A stretch of 64,000 bases of DNA from Candidatus Latescibacterota bacterium (lineage in GTDB: Bacteria > Krumholzibacteriota > Krumholzibacteriia > WVZY01 > JAKEHA01), in assembly GCA_963707635.1 (NCBI GenBank), contig OY970173.1, positions 3,040,001 through 3,104,000 on the forward strand. The letters run 5' to 3'. A program made the translations under genes and the position numbers. Below are positions 1 through 8,575 of this stretch, one piece after another. Below the pieces are notes generated by a model. The model worked only from the letters and a program-made list of their open reading frames with translations. It had not been told where the DNA came from and did not search any database. Each line of letters opens with the position of its first letter. The stretch's first letter is position 1.

Positions 1-363
1 TACCTCTTGCCCGCGGGACCCGAGTACGTCATCGTGGGCGCCACCCAGGAAGAGGCGGGGTTCGATGTGACCCCGACGGCCGGGGGCATGAAGGACATTC
101 TCGCGCACGCGTGGGAAGCGGTGCCGTCGATCTACGACTTGCCTTTCAAAGCCGTCGAAGTGGGGCTTCGTCCGGCGACGCGCGACCACCGGCCGGTGAT
201 CGGCGAGACGCGCGTGCGCGGGCTGGTCATGGCCACCGGGCACTTTCGCCACGGCATTCTGCTCGCGCCGGCGACGGCGGATGCGGTGTGCGCCGGAATC
301 GTGAACGGACGATTCGGGAGCGAGGTGGCGGCGTTCTCGCCGTCGAGGTTCAACAAGGTATGA
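1..363 (+). CDS. thiO: Glycine oxidase ThiO, C-terminal part (5' truncated by window edge)
   Basis: VGATQEEAGFD, GLRPAT and TGHFRHGILLAP motifs of the DAAO/ThiO family; directly upstream of thiS-thiG. Confidence 0.88.
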   Translation, partial: YLLPAGPEYVIVGATQEEAGFDVTPTAGGMKDILAHAWEAVPSIYDLPFKAVEVGLRPATRDHRPVIGETRVRGLVMATGHFRHGILLAPATADAVCAGIVNGRFGSEVAAFSPSRFNKV

Positions 364-569
364 TTCACGTCACCGTCAATGGACAGCGCGAAAACATCGC
401 GCGCGACACGATCCTCGCGGAGATGCTCCGCCGCCTCGGCGTTCTCGAGAATGCCCCCGGTGTCGCGGTGGCGGTGAACGATACCGTCGTGCCGCGGAGC
501 GGCTGGACGACACGGCGCATGCAGGAGGGCGATGTGGTCGAGATCATCCGCGCGGTACAGGGAGGATAG
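360..569 (+). CDS. thiS: Sulfur carrier protein ThiS
   Basis: ATG overlaps thiO stop (ATGA); 69 aa with VAVAVN..VVPR and C-terminal AVQGG. Confidence 0.93.
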   Translation: MIHVTVNGQRENIARDTILAEMLRRLGVLENAPGVAVAVNDTVVPRSGWTTRRMQEGDVVEIIRAVQGG

Positions 570-573
570 AGGA

Positions 574-1362
574 ATGACTGCAAACGACGCGCTCGTCATC
601 GCGGGCCGCGAGTTCCGCTCGCGCCTCATCGTCGGCACCTCGCGCTACCCGGATCCGGCCACGATGCTCGCCGCCCTCGAGGCGACGGGCACGGGCATGG
701 TTACGGTCGCGATCCGGCGCGTGAATCTCGAGGACGGCTCCAAGGAGAGCCTGCTCTCGATGCTGCGCGGCCGCTACGCGATTCTCCCCAACACGGCCGG
801 GTGCTACACCGCGAAGGAAGCGGTGCTCACCGCCAAGCTCGCGCGGGAGGCGCTGGACACAAACTGGATCAAGCTCGAAGTCATCGGGGATGAGGACACC
901 CTCTTCCCCGACGTGCCCGAGCTCTTGAAAGCCGCGGAAGAGCTTCTCGCCGACGGCTTCGTCGTGCTTCCCTACTGCAACGACGACCCGATCACCTGCC
1001 GCAAGCTCGCCGACATGGGGTGCGCGGCGGTGATGCCGCTGGGCGCGCCGATCGGGTCCGGGATGGGCATCCGCAATCCGTACAATCTGCGCATTATTCG
1101 CGAACAGTGCTCGGTTCCGTTGATCGTCGACGCCGGCGTCGGCACCGCCTCGGACGTCGCCGTGGCCATGGAAATGGGGTTCGACGGCGTGCTCATGAAT
1201 TCCGCGATCGCCCAGGCGCAGCGCCCGGTCGACATGGCGCACGCGATGCGGTTGGCGGTCGAGGCTGGCCGACTCGCGTTTCGCGCCGGCCGCATCCCGA
1301 AGCGGCTCTACGCGCGCGCGTCGAGCCCGGTCGAAGGGATGATCGGAGACGACCAACCGTGA
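574..1362 (+). CDS. thiG: Thiazole synthase ThiG
   Basis: [33 protein letters not shown] and DAGVG motifs; GGAGG upstream. Confidence 0.97.
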   Translation: MTANDALVIAGREFRSRLIVGTSRYPDPATMLAALEATGTGMVTVAIRRVNLEDGSKESLLSMLRGRYAILPNTAGCYTAKEAVLTAKLAREALDTNWIKLEVIGDEDTLFPDVPELLKAAEELLADGFVVLPYCNDDPITCRKLADMGCAAVMPLGAPIGSGMGIRNPYNLRIIREQCSVPLIVDAGVGTASDVAVAMEMGFDGVLMNSAIAQAQRPVDMAHAMRLAVEAGRLAFRAGRIPKRLYARASSPVEGMIGDDQP

Positions 1363-1384
1363 CGACGACCTCGCCAAACGGCTC

Positions 1385-2026
1385 ATGATCGATTTTCGCC
1401 TTTATCTCGTCACGGACCGCACCCGCTGCGCGCCGAAGTCGCTCGCGTCAGTCGTGCACGACGCTTGTTTCATCGGGGTGCGCGCCGTCCAGCTGCGGGA
1501 GAAGGACTTCACCGAGGGCGACCTGGTCGCGTGCGCCACGCGGCTCCTCGACGTCATGCGTCCGAAAGGCGCGAAGCTCCTTGTCAATGTTTCGGACTAT
1601 GTCGACGACGACACCGCGGCGCTGCTGGCCGGGAGTCCGGGCGTCGATGGCTTCCACGTTCCCGACGACCCGGAGCTGCTCGACCACATCCGGCGCAAGT
1701 TTCCGAAGCTCCTGATCGGCGCCAGCACACACTCCGCCGACGGCGTTCGTGCGGCAGGAGCGGCGGGCGCCGACTTCGTCACCTTCGGTCCGGTGTTCAA
1801 GACGCCCTCCAAGAGCCACGGGAAGTCCCACGGGCTCGATGGCCTCGCCGCCGCGTGCGCCGGTGCCGGGGTACCCGTGTTCGCGATCGGGGGCGTCACC
1901 GCCGACCGCGCGAAAGATTGCCTCGACGCCGGCGCTCACGGTGTCGCCGTGATCGGCGCGGTCATGGGAGCATCCAGCGTACGCACGGCCGTGCGCGAAT
2001 TCGCCGACGCGATGGGATCGTTATGA
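1385..2026 (+). CDS. Thiamine-phosphate synthase family protein, divergent (ThiE/TenI-like)
   Basis: LYLVTD, VQLREKD, STHS, GPVFKTPSK and FAIGGV motifs, but lacks the canonical NDR and GVHLG. Confidence 0.8.
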   Translation: MIDFRLYLVTDRTRCAPKSLASVVHDACFIGVRAVQLREKDFTEGDLVACATRLLDVMRPKGAKLLVNVSDYVDDDTAALLAGSPGVDGFHVPDDPELLDHIRRKFPKLLIGASTHSADGVRAAGAAGADFVTFGPVFKTPSKSHGKSHGLDGLAAACAGAGVPVFAIGGVTADRAKDCLDAGAHGVAVIGAVMGASSVRTAVREFADAMGSL

Positions 2027-2661
2027 ACGAGCGCGAACGCGTCGGCCGTCTCCACGTGATCACCGACGTGACCGTGCAGTCGCGCTTTGCCCACGAAGAA
2101 CTCGCCGAGATGGCGTGCGCGGGCGGCGCGGACGTGATCCAGCTGCGCGACAAGCAGCTCGGCATCGAAGCGTTCACCGCCGTCGCGCGGCGGGTCCGCG
2201 AGATCTGCGCGCGTCACGAGGTCACTTTCATCGTGAATGACCGCGTCGAGGCGGCGAGAGAGATCGGGGCCGACGGCGTGCACCTCGGCCGCGCCGACGC
2301 GTCGATTTCAGAAGTGCGAGCGATACTGGGGGCCGATACGATCATCGGCGCCAGCACGGGGTCGGTCGGGGATGCGCTGGCCGCCGGGAACAACGGGGCT
2401 GACTACGTCGGCTTCGGGCACATTTTCCCGACGACGTCGAAGGTAAAGAGCACGCCGCCGGTCGGAGTCGGAGGACTCGTCGATCTATGCTCGTACGTCA
2501 ACGTCCCGGTGATCGCGATCGGCGGAATCACCGCGGAGAATGCGCTCGAAGTGCTGCGCGCCGGCGCGCACGGCATCGCGGTGATCGCCGCGGTGTGCAC
2601 CGCAAGCGATCCGCGCGCCGCGACGGCGCGACTGCGAGAGGCCGTGGACAGCAGCCGATAG
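2023..2661 (+). CDS. thiE: Thiamine-phosphate synthase ThiE
   Basis: IQLRDK, VNDR, DGVHLG, IFPTTSK and AIGGI motifs; ATGA overlap with previous gene. Confidence 0.9.
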   Translation: MNERERVGRLHVITDVTVQSRFAHEELAEMACAGGADVIQLRDKQLGIEAFTAVARRVREICARHEVTFIVNDRVEAAREIGADGVHLGRADASISEVRAILGADTIIGASTGSVGDALAAGNNGADYVGFGHIFPTTSKVKSTPPVGVGGLVDLCSYVNVPVIAIGGITAENALEVLRAGAHGIAVIAAVCTASDPRAATARLREAVDSSR

Positions 2662-2678
2662 CACCGCGGAAACGAAGC

Positions 2679-2778
2679 GCGGCCGACGATATGTCGGGCG
2701 AAGCGCGATCTCGCGAGTCGCGCGTACTAACTTGTGCGCGCGAGCGGTGAGCGCGGAGTCCGATATATCGACGGCCGC
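2679..2778. repeat. Long imperfect intergenic hairpin (REP-like family A, copy 1)
   Basis: GCGGCCG/CGGCCGC, CGATATGTCGG/CCGATATATCG and TCGCGCGTAC/GTGCGCGCGA nested stems between convergent genes. Confidence 0.7.
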
Positions 2779-2785
2779 AGTTAGC

Positions 2786-3121
2786 CTAGAAGAATACCGC
2801 TATCCACACCGTGTCTTCGTCCGGCGCCGTCCATTCGACGCGATGCCGCGCGTGCGGCGGAATCGTCACGTGATCGCCCGGTCGTAGTTCGAGCAGAGCG
2901 TCGTCGGTTTCAAGGCGCAGCCGCGCCCACCCCTGGACCACCACCACCCACTCCGTCTCCTCCTGGTCGTACCAGAACCCCGGCGGCGACGCGTGCCCGC
3001 GCGAGACGATGCGCTCGATACGAGTGCTCGCGCCGCGCGCGAGCACGTCGTTCAATTCTCCGTGAAGCTCGGGAGGAATCCCGTCGAACAGGTGGGTCGC
3101 GCGGATCGCCACGGCCGTCAC
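2786..3121 (-). CDS. Cupin domain protein
   Basis: RIERIVSRGHASPPGFWYDQ...EWV...IPPHARHRVEWT; GTG start overlaps upstream stop. Confidence 0.85.
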   Translation of the reverse strand: MTAVAIRATHLFDGIPPELHGELNDVLARGASTRIERIVSRGHASPPGFWYDQEETEWVVVVQGWARLRLETDDALLELRPGDHVTIPPHARHRVEWTAPDEDTVWIAVFF

Positions 3122-4248
3122 CGCAGCAGGTTCAGCCGTTCGGCGAATTCCCCGCCGAACATCTCCTCGAGGAGATGGCCCCCGCCGGGCACGACCTCGA
3201 GGTAGGTCTCGACGCCCAGACGCTGCAGGTGCGCGTGCGCCACCAGCGTCTCCTGATGCCAGAACGGATCCTGATCGCCGACGATGAAGGTCACCTTGAC
3301 GCCCTTGAGTTTCTCGAGGTCCGCGTCCTTGTCGGTGAGCGGATACCCCGGCAGCGCCCACAGGCTGGCCACGCGCTCCGGGTTCGCCATTACGATCGCG
3401 AAGGCGGATCCCGCGGTGGGGCCGTAGCACGCGACGTGCACCTTGCCGTTCGCGAGCTTGTAGCGCCGCGCGACTTCGTCGAACAGCTGTGTCGTCGAAC
3501 CGATCGGGTCCTCGAAGAGAAACGACGGACTCTCGACCGTAATCCACCCGCGCTGCGACGTGTCCTCGCCCCAGAACAGACCGCCCCAGTTGTCCGGGAT
3601 CTTCTTGCCCACCCCCGGCGCGACCAGCACCGGGCACGGCTGCCTCGGATCGAATCCCACCGGGAGGTCGACCGAATACGGCAGCTCGCTCCCGTCCTTG
3701 AGTTTGAGTGTGAAGTAGTTGCGCTCTCCGGGCAGCACGAAGCGGGGATCGCCGTGGAGGGAGACGAGGTCCGCGTCCTTCGACATCAGGTCACGGTCCG
3801 CGAAGCCGGCTCGCTTCGCGCCCATCAGCGCTCGCAACGCGTCGTCCTTGTCTCCTTTCAGGGCATAGGCGCACGCGAGGTTATAGAACGCGCTCGCGCG
3901 CACCGCCGCGTAGTTCGCCGCGCGATGGCCCGCGTCGATTGCACCGTCAAGGTCACCCGCGGCGTGCTTCGCGCGCGCGAGCACGAACCAGGCGCGCGGG
4001 TTGTCGGGCTCGCTCTTCACCGCCTGCTCAGCGGCGGCCACGGCCTGCTTCGGCTGGTTCGCGTCGAGCAGCTCCTCCGCCTCGACGATGGGAGACTTCG
4101 GCGCCGGGGCCGGCTGCTCATTCAAGGCCGGCTTTGCCGGCGGTGTGGACGGCGGCGTTTGCGCGGCGCTCGTCGCGGCCAGCGCCACCAACGCGGCCAC
4201 GGCACTCCCGACGAGTCCACCGAATTGACCGGCGGCGCTCGACCTCAT
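3118..4248 (-). CDS. Secreted TPR-repeat protein with C-terminal alpha/beta-hydrolase-like domain
   Basis: Signal peptide, Pro-rich linker, TPRs (AFYNLACAYAL), then IVGDQD and GGGH esterase-like elements. Confidence 0.7.
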   Translation of the reverse strand: MRSSAAGQFGGLVGSAVAALVALAATSAAQTPPSTPPAKPALNEQPAPAPKSPIVEAEELLDANQPKQAVAAAEQAVKSEPDNPRAWFVLARAKHAAGDLDGAIDAGHRAANYAAVRASAFYNLACAYALKGDKDDALRALMGAKRAGFADRDLMSKDADLVSLHGDPRFVLPGERNYFTLKLKDGSELPYSVDLPVGFDPRQPCPVLVAPGVGKKIPDNWGGLFWGEDTSQRGWITVESPSFLFEDPIGSTTQLFDEVARRYKLANGKVHVACYGPTAGSAFAIVMANPERVASLWALPGYPLTDKDADLEKLKGVKVTFIVGDQDPFWHQETLVAHAHLQRLGVETYLEVVPGGGHLLEEMFGGEFAERLNLLR

Positions 4249-4709
4249 CGCGCGACGTCCACCGGCTCTTCCACCGTCACCCGGGTGAGGACCGAGTTGG
4301 CAATGAAGCACTCGTGGTGGGAGTGGTCGTGCAGCTCGGCCAGCACCGTTGCGTCCGGCCGCTGACCCGGCGCAAACGTGATCCGCGGGCGAAGGATCAC
4401 GCGGGTGATCGCGAGCCGCTTGTGTTCGTTGGGTTCGAGAAACCCGACCGCGTCGTCGTCGTAGCGCTCCACCACGACGCCCTTGCGCGCGCAGATGGCC
4501 AGGAACGTGAGCATGTGACAGCTCGAGAGCGCCGCGACCAGCGCCTCCTCCGGGTCGACGCACTCGAGGCTGCCCAGAAACTTCGGGGCGGCGGAGGCGT
4601 GCACCACCGCGCCGTTCTTGAACGTCCACGTGTGCTCGCGATTGTAGGCCTTGTAGTCGAACGATTCGGTCTGTCTGGCCCAGGCGATCCGGGCGCGGTG
4701 TTCCGACAT
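4245..4709 (-). CDS. OsmC/Ohr family protein
   Basis: DPEEALVAALSSCHMLTFL and HHECFIANSV two-Cys signature. Confidence 0.9.
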   Translation of the reverse strand: MSEHRARIAWARQTESFDYKAYNREHTWTFKNGAVVHASAAPKFLGSLECVDPEEALVAALSSCHMLTFLAICARKGVVVERYDDDAVGFLEPNEHKRLAITRVILRPRITFAPGQRPDATVLAELHDHSHHECFIANSVLTRVTVEEPVDVAR

Positions 4710-4721
4710 GATGGTTCCCTT

Positions 4722-5882
4722 CTAACGCGGCCAGGTTGACTGTGCGCTTCCCTTGGACGCAGCCTCGTCGGCAGGGGTTACCGCCGTGGTCCGGCCGCCC
4801 CGGCGGGTTCGGTCGAGCGCGCCCTGAATCGCGAGAAACTCTCCGATGTTGTCCATGGTCACGATGCCGACCAGGCGTCCTTGAAACGACACCGGCGCCG
4901 TGTTGCAGCGGCACTCCGTCAGGCGGCGAAACGCGGTGTCGAGCATCTCGGACGCCTGCACCACCTGAAAGTCGCGCTCCATCGCGTCGGAGACGCGCAC
5001 CGACGAGCCGCCGCGCGCCAGCGTCCGCAGCATCTCGCTCTGGCGGAGCACTCCCACCACGCGGCCTTCTTCCACCACCGGGAAGTCGCGCTGCGTGCCC
5101 GCCAACGTGAGCTTGACCGCATCATCGAGCGTGTCGGACGGGGTCAAGGTGTGGAACTCCGTCACCATGGCGCGGCTCACCGGTATCCCCGACAGCGAGT
5201 ACTTCATCTGCACCATGCTCGCTTCCTGGGCGGCGCCGATCCACACGAACAGCGCGATGAAGATCAGCATCGGGTTCACGAACAGACCCACGAAGCCGAA
5301 CAGCAGCGCCATCGACTGGCCGACGACGGCGGCGAGGTGGGTCGCGCGCGTGTATTCCATCCGCGTGGCCAGCAGAGCGCGCAGCACACGGCCGCCGTCC
5401 ATGGGAAATGCCGGCAGCAGGTTGAACGCCACCAGGAACAGGTTCACGAAGATGACGCGGCTCAAGAACGACCCGCCCGCCAATCCCATCTGGTCGAACG
5501 ACGGCACCGTCGAAACGAGCTGCGACACCACGAACAGAGTCGCCGCAATCAGGACGTTCACGGCCGGGCCCGCGAGCGCGACCCAGAGCTCCTGGCGCGG
5601 ATCGTCGGGCATGCGATCGAGCCGCGCGACGCCTCCGATGGGCAGCAGCGTGATGTCGCGCGTCGAGATGCCGTACTTGCGCGCGGTGAGGGCGTGACCC
5701 AGCTCGTGCAGCACCACGCACGCGAAGATCGTGACGATGAAGAGCACGCCCTCGAGAGCCGCGTGCAGACTGTGTCCGTCCCGCCAGTTCAAGACGCCCA
5801 CCCACACGAGCAGCAACAGGAACGTGAGGTGGATGTAGACCGGGATCCCGAACAACTTGCCGATTCGAATCGACCATTTCAT
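4722..5882 (-). CDS. Site-2 protease (M50) with CBS pair
   Basis: HELGH, AGPAVN and NLLPAFPMDGGR motifs, TM helices, two C-terminal CBS domains. Confidence 0.93.
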   Translation of the reverse strand: MKWSIRIGKLFGIPVYIHLTFLLLLVWVGVLNWRDGHSLHAALEGVLFIVTIFACVVLHELGHALTARKYGISTRDITLLPIGGVARLDRMPDDPRQELWVALAGPAVNVLIAATLFVVSQLVSTVPSFDQMGLAGGSFLSRVIFVNLFLVAFNLLPAFPMDGGRVLRALLATRMEYTRATHLAAVVGQSMALLFGFVGLFVNPMLIFIALFVWIGAAQEASMVQMKYSLSGIPVSRAMVTEFHTLTPSDTLDDAVKLTLAGTQRDFPVVEEGRVVGVLRQSEMLRTLARGGSSVRVSDAMERDFQVVQASEMLDTAFRRLTECRCNTAPVSFQGRLVGIVTMDNIGEFLAIQGALDRTRRGGRTTAVTPADEAASKGSAQSTWPR

Positions 5883-5971
5883 GACACTATCAATATACAA
5901 CCTGGCGCGGCCCCGGTCGATTGCCGAGTGTATGGTAGACTCCGCGTCATGTATTTCATCGGGGAGTCAAC

Positions 5972-6784
5972 GTGAAGCAGGCGCTGACCATCGCCGGCTC
6001 CGATTCCAGCGGCGGCGCGGGCATCCAGGCCGACCTGAAGGCGTTCCACGCCCACGGCGTGTTCGGCGCGTCGGTGGTGACGGCGGTGACGGCGCAGAAC
6101 ACCCTCGAGGTCCGGTCCTCCTTCGACGTCCCGCCCGAGGTCGTCCGGGACCAGCTCGAAGCCGTGCTCGACGACCTCGAAATCGCCGCCGCCAAGACCG
6201 GCATGCTCTCCTCGGCCGCCATCGTGGAGACGGTGGCGGACGTGCTGGGCGAGAGAGGCCTCAAGAACCTCGTCGTCGACCCGGTGATGGTGTCGAAGAG
6301 CGGATTTCGCCTGCTCCGCGACGACGCCATCGACGCGCTCTCGACCCGGCTGATCCCGATGGCGCGGGTCGTGACGCCGAATCTCTACGAGGCGTCGCTG
6401 CTGGCCGGATTCGAGATCGCGTCGGTCGACGACATGAGGCGGGCGGCCGAGCGAATTGCGGCGTTGGGTCCACGGGCGGTGGTCGTGAAGGGCGGTCACG
6501 CCGCCTTCGCGCTCGCGATCGACGTCCTGTGGTCCGCCGAAACCGGCGTCGAAGAGCTGCACCCGGACGGCCCGGTTCGCGAGCGGAGCGTCCACGGGAC
6601 CGGCTGCACGTTCTCCGCGGCGATCACGGCGCGTCTGGCACTGGGCGAAGACACACGCACCGCGGTGACTGCAGCGAAGCGCTACATCACCCGCGTCATC
6701 GCGCGCGCGCCTGCGATCGGACACGGCCACCCGCCCGGGGCTCACTTCTATTTTCTGGAATCGGACGAGTGGGAGACTCGATAG
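5972..6784 (+). CDS. thiD: Hydroxymethylpyrimidine/phosphomethylpyrimidine kinase ThiD
   Basis: [36 protein letters not shown] and HGTGC motifs. Confidence 0.96.
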   Translation: MKQALTIAGSDSSGGAGIQADLKAFHAHGVFGASVVTAVTAQNTLEVRSSFDVPPEVVRDQLEAVLDDLEIAAAKTGMLSSAAIVETVADVLGERGLKNLVVDPVMVSKSGFRLLRDDAIDALSTRLIPMARVVTPNLYEASLLAGFEIASVDDMRRAAERIAALGPRAVVVKGGHAAFALAIDVLWSAETGVEELHPDGPVRERSVHGTGCTFSAAITARLALGEDTRTAVTAAKRYITRVIARAPAIGHGHPPGAHFYFLESDEWETR

Positions 6785-6799
6785 TGTTGGGAGCACCAT

Positions 6800-6894
6800 G
6801 GGGCGGTGTGCACTCCCTCCGCCGCCGTCCTCCCGCGCACAATTGTTGGAATGCGCGACTGCGGATTGGCGTCCGAGGGAGTGCGCACGGCCCC
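6800..6894. repeat. Long imperfect intergenic hairpin (REP-like family A, copy 2)
   Basis: GGGGC/GCCCC and GTGTGCACTCCCTC/GAGGGAGTGCGCAC stems; core CGCGCACAA...GCGCGACT shared with the reverse strand of 2679-2778. Confidence 0.65.
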
Positions 6895-6918
6895 GCCTGC
6901 AGATGGCCGACGCCAGCG

Positions 6919-7611
6919 CTACTCGAGGGAGGCCTTGAGCGCCGCGCGCGCGAGCAGGCGGGTCGAGTCCAAAACTGGAAGCGGTGAGTTCTCTTCGGTA
7001 ATGATGAGCGGCACTTCCGTGCAGCCCAGCACCACCGCGTCGCAGCCCTGGCCCCGCATCTCGCTGATGAGTCCGGTGAAATAGGCGCGGGACTCCGCGG
7101 TGAACTGCGCCGCCACCAGCTCGTCGAAGATGATCCGGTTGATTAGCTTGCGGTCCTTCTCGCCCGGAAGCACGAGCTCGACGCCGAACTCGTCGAGCTT
7201 CTCTTTGTAGAACGTGCCCTCCACCGTGTAAGCCGTCCCGATCAGGCCCACACGCTTGAAGTGACGGTGCCCCGCTTCGCGCGCGACCTCTCCTGCGATG
7301 TGCAGCCAGGGCAGCTTCGCCTGCTTCGCCACCTGGTCGAACACGCGGTGGATGGTGTTGTCCGGGCAGATGACGAGCTCCGCCCCGGCCTTGGCCAGCT
7401 TGGCTTCGGAAGAGAGCATCAGCGCCGCCACCCCGTCCCATCTCCCCGCCTCGATCAGGCGAACGTAGTCGCTGAAAGGGTGCGTGTGCATGCTCACCTC
7501 GGGGTGCGCGTGCTTCTTCCCCATCAGCTCCGGGGCCTCGGTGCACACGGTGGTGTAGCAAAGCGCGGCGCCCTCCGCGCTGCACGCCACGATCCCGATG
7601 TGCCTGGCCAC
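6919..7611 (-). CDS. Aspartate/glutamate racemase family protein
   Basis: ICPDNTIH and VLGCTEVPL two-Cys motifs. Confidence 0.9.
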   Translation of the reverse strand: MARHIGIVACSAEGAALCYTTVCTEAPELMGKKHAHPEVSMHTHPFSDYVRLIEAGRWDGVAALMLSSEAKLAKAGAELVICPDNTIHRVFDQVAKQAKLPWLHIAGEVAREAGHRHFKRVGLIGTAYTVEGTFYKEKLDEFGVELVLPGEKDRKLINRIIFDELVAAQFTAESRAYFTGLISEMRGQGCDAVVLGCTEVPLIITEENSPLPVLDSTRLLARAALKASLE

Positions 7612-7625
7612 GCGCGAATCCGCCT

Positions 7626-8318
7626 CTAGTGAGACTCGCAGACGCCGCTGCAATACTGCTGGTAGACGCCGTCCAGGAAATGCCACAGCGCGCGGGCGGC
7701 CTCGTCGGCTGCCGCGACGGCGCGGTCCTGTTCCGCTTCCGAGCGGCAGTGCTCGGCCAGCAGGTCGCGCTCGACCTGGCTGTGGACGATGTCAGCGTCC
7801 TCGTGCACCGTGAAGAACTCCACCGAGCGGGCGTCGTCGAGCGCGTAGAACCGCGCGAGCCCCTCGCGCTTGGTGCGCGCCACCATCGGGACCTGCGACT
7901 CGTAGGCGTACAGGGCGGCGAGGCCGTCGCGAAAGTCCTCGCTGCGCGTCAGACGCACCATGGTCGCCACCGACTCCCCGGTTTGCGGGAGCAGCTCGGC
8001 GTTGCGCACGGCATCGCGCGCCACGCCGAGGCCGTCGGCAAATCGCATCCACAGCTCGGGATGGTTGTTCTCGCCGGCGTCCTCGTCGGTCAGGTTCTCG
8101 AGCAGGAGCTGCCGCACGCGGATATCGTCGCACGCGGCGTGCGCCGCGCTGACGTAGCGCGGGAAATAGCGGACGTGCGCGTAATACTGCTTCGCGTACT
8201 CGCACAGCGTCTCTCTCGACAGCGCGCCCGCGTTCCACTGCTGGTAGAAGGGATGCGAAAGGAGCGCATGGCGGGCGATCGTCTCGTCGAGCCGCTTCAG
8301 GAAATCGGCACCGTGCAC
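7626..8318 (-). CDS. CADD-family (heme-oxygenase-like diiron) putative pABA synthase
   Basis: HPFYQQW, ENLTDEDAGENNH, YESQVPMVARTK and HEDADIVH match the Chlamydia CADD ligand spacing; GGAGG before GTG. Confidence 0.85.
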   Translation of the reverse strand: MHGADFLKRLDETIARHALLSHPFYQQWNAGALSRETLCEYAKQYYAHVRYFPRYVSAAHAACDDIRVRQLLLENLTDEDAGENNHPELWMRFADGLGVARDAVRNAELLPQTGESVATMVRLTRSEDFRDGLAALYAYESQVPMVARTKREGLARFYALDDARSVEFFTVHEDADIVHSQVERDLLAEHCRSEAEQDRAVAAADEAARALWHFLDGVYQQYCSGVCESH

Positions 8319-8394
8319 CTTGGGGACCTCCGTGTCCTGGCAATTGGTGAGTCTCACCCGCCGGGCGGCGGGCAAATGGTCGTTCGAACCACCT

Positions 8395-8423
8395 ACTCTA
8401 CCCGCGCGCGAACGAGAATTCAA
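8395..8423 (-). promoter_or_regulatory. Putative sigma70 promoter of CADD-racemase operon
   Basis: TTGAAT-N17-TAGAGT on minus strand. Confidence 0.6.
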
Positions 8424-8439
8424 CCTCGATCCGGCAGGA

Positions 8440-8497
8440 GCGGGTGGCGCCGAAGCGGGGCCCGCGCGAGGCAGGGTGGCGAGGCGACAGGACCCGC
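8440..8497. repeat. Structured intergenic repeat (family B, copy 1)
   Basis: GCGGGTGG-CGCC-GA...GGGTGGCGA-GGCG-ACAGGACCCGC; second copy at 48664-48730. Confidence 0.75.
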
Positions 8498-8575
8498 GTG
8501 CTTAGGGAAATGGTTTGACACTCCTGCGCAACCACAAAATACTGCCCTCCGGCACTGTCCGAGGCGTGCCGGACC

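Noticed and set aside
2725..2786. Integron attC site (GGCTAAC…GTTAGTA on minus strand)
   Set aside because: The sequence between these boxes is not self-complementary, and there is no integrase or repeated attC array.
5883..5971. TPP riboswitch before thiD
   Set aside because: Gap is under 90 bp and lacks CTGAGA and the other TPP core motifs.
8320..8400. THF or ZMP riboswitch upstream of the CADD gene
   Set aside because: AGAGTAG resembles the THF aptamer start but is the -10 box; other conserved elements are missing and only a 6-bp hairpin is present.
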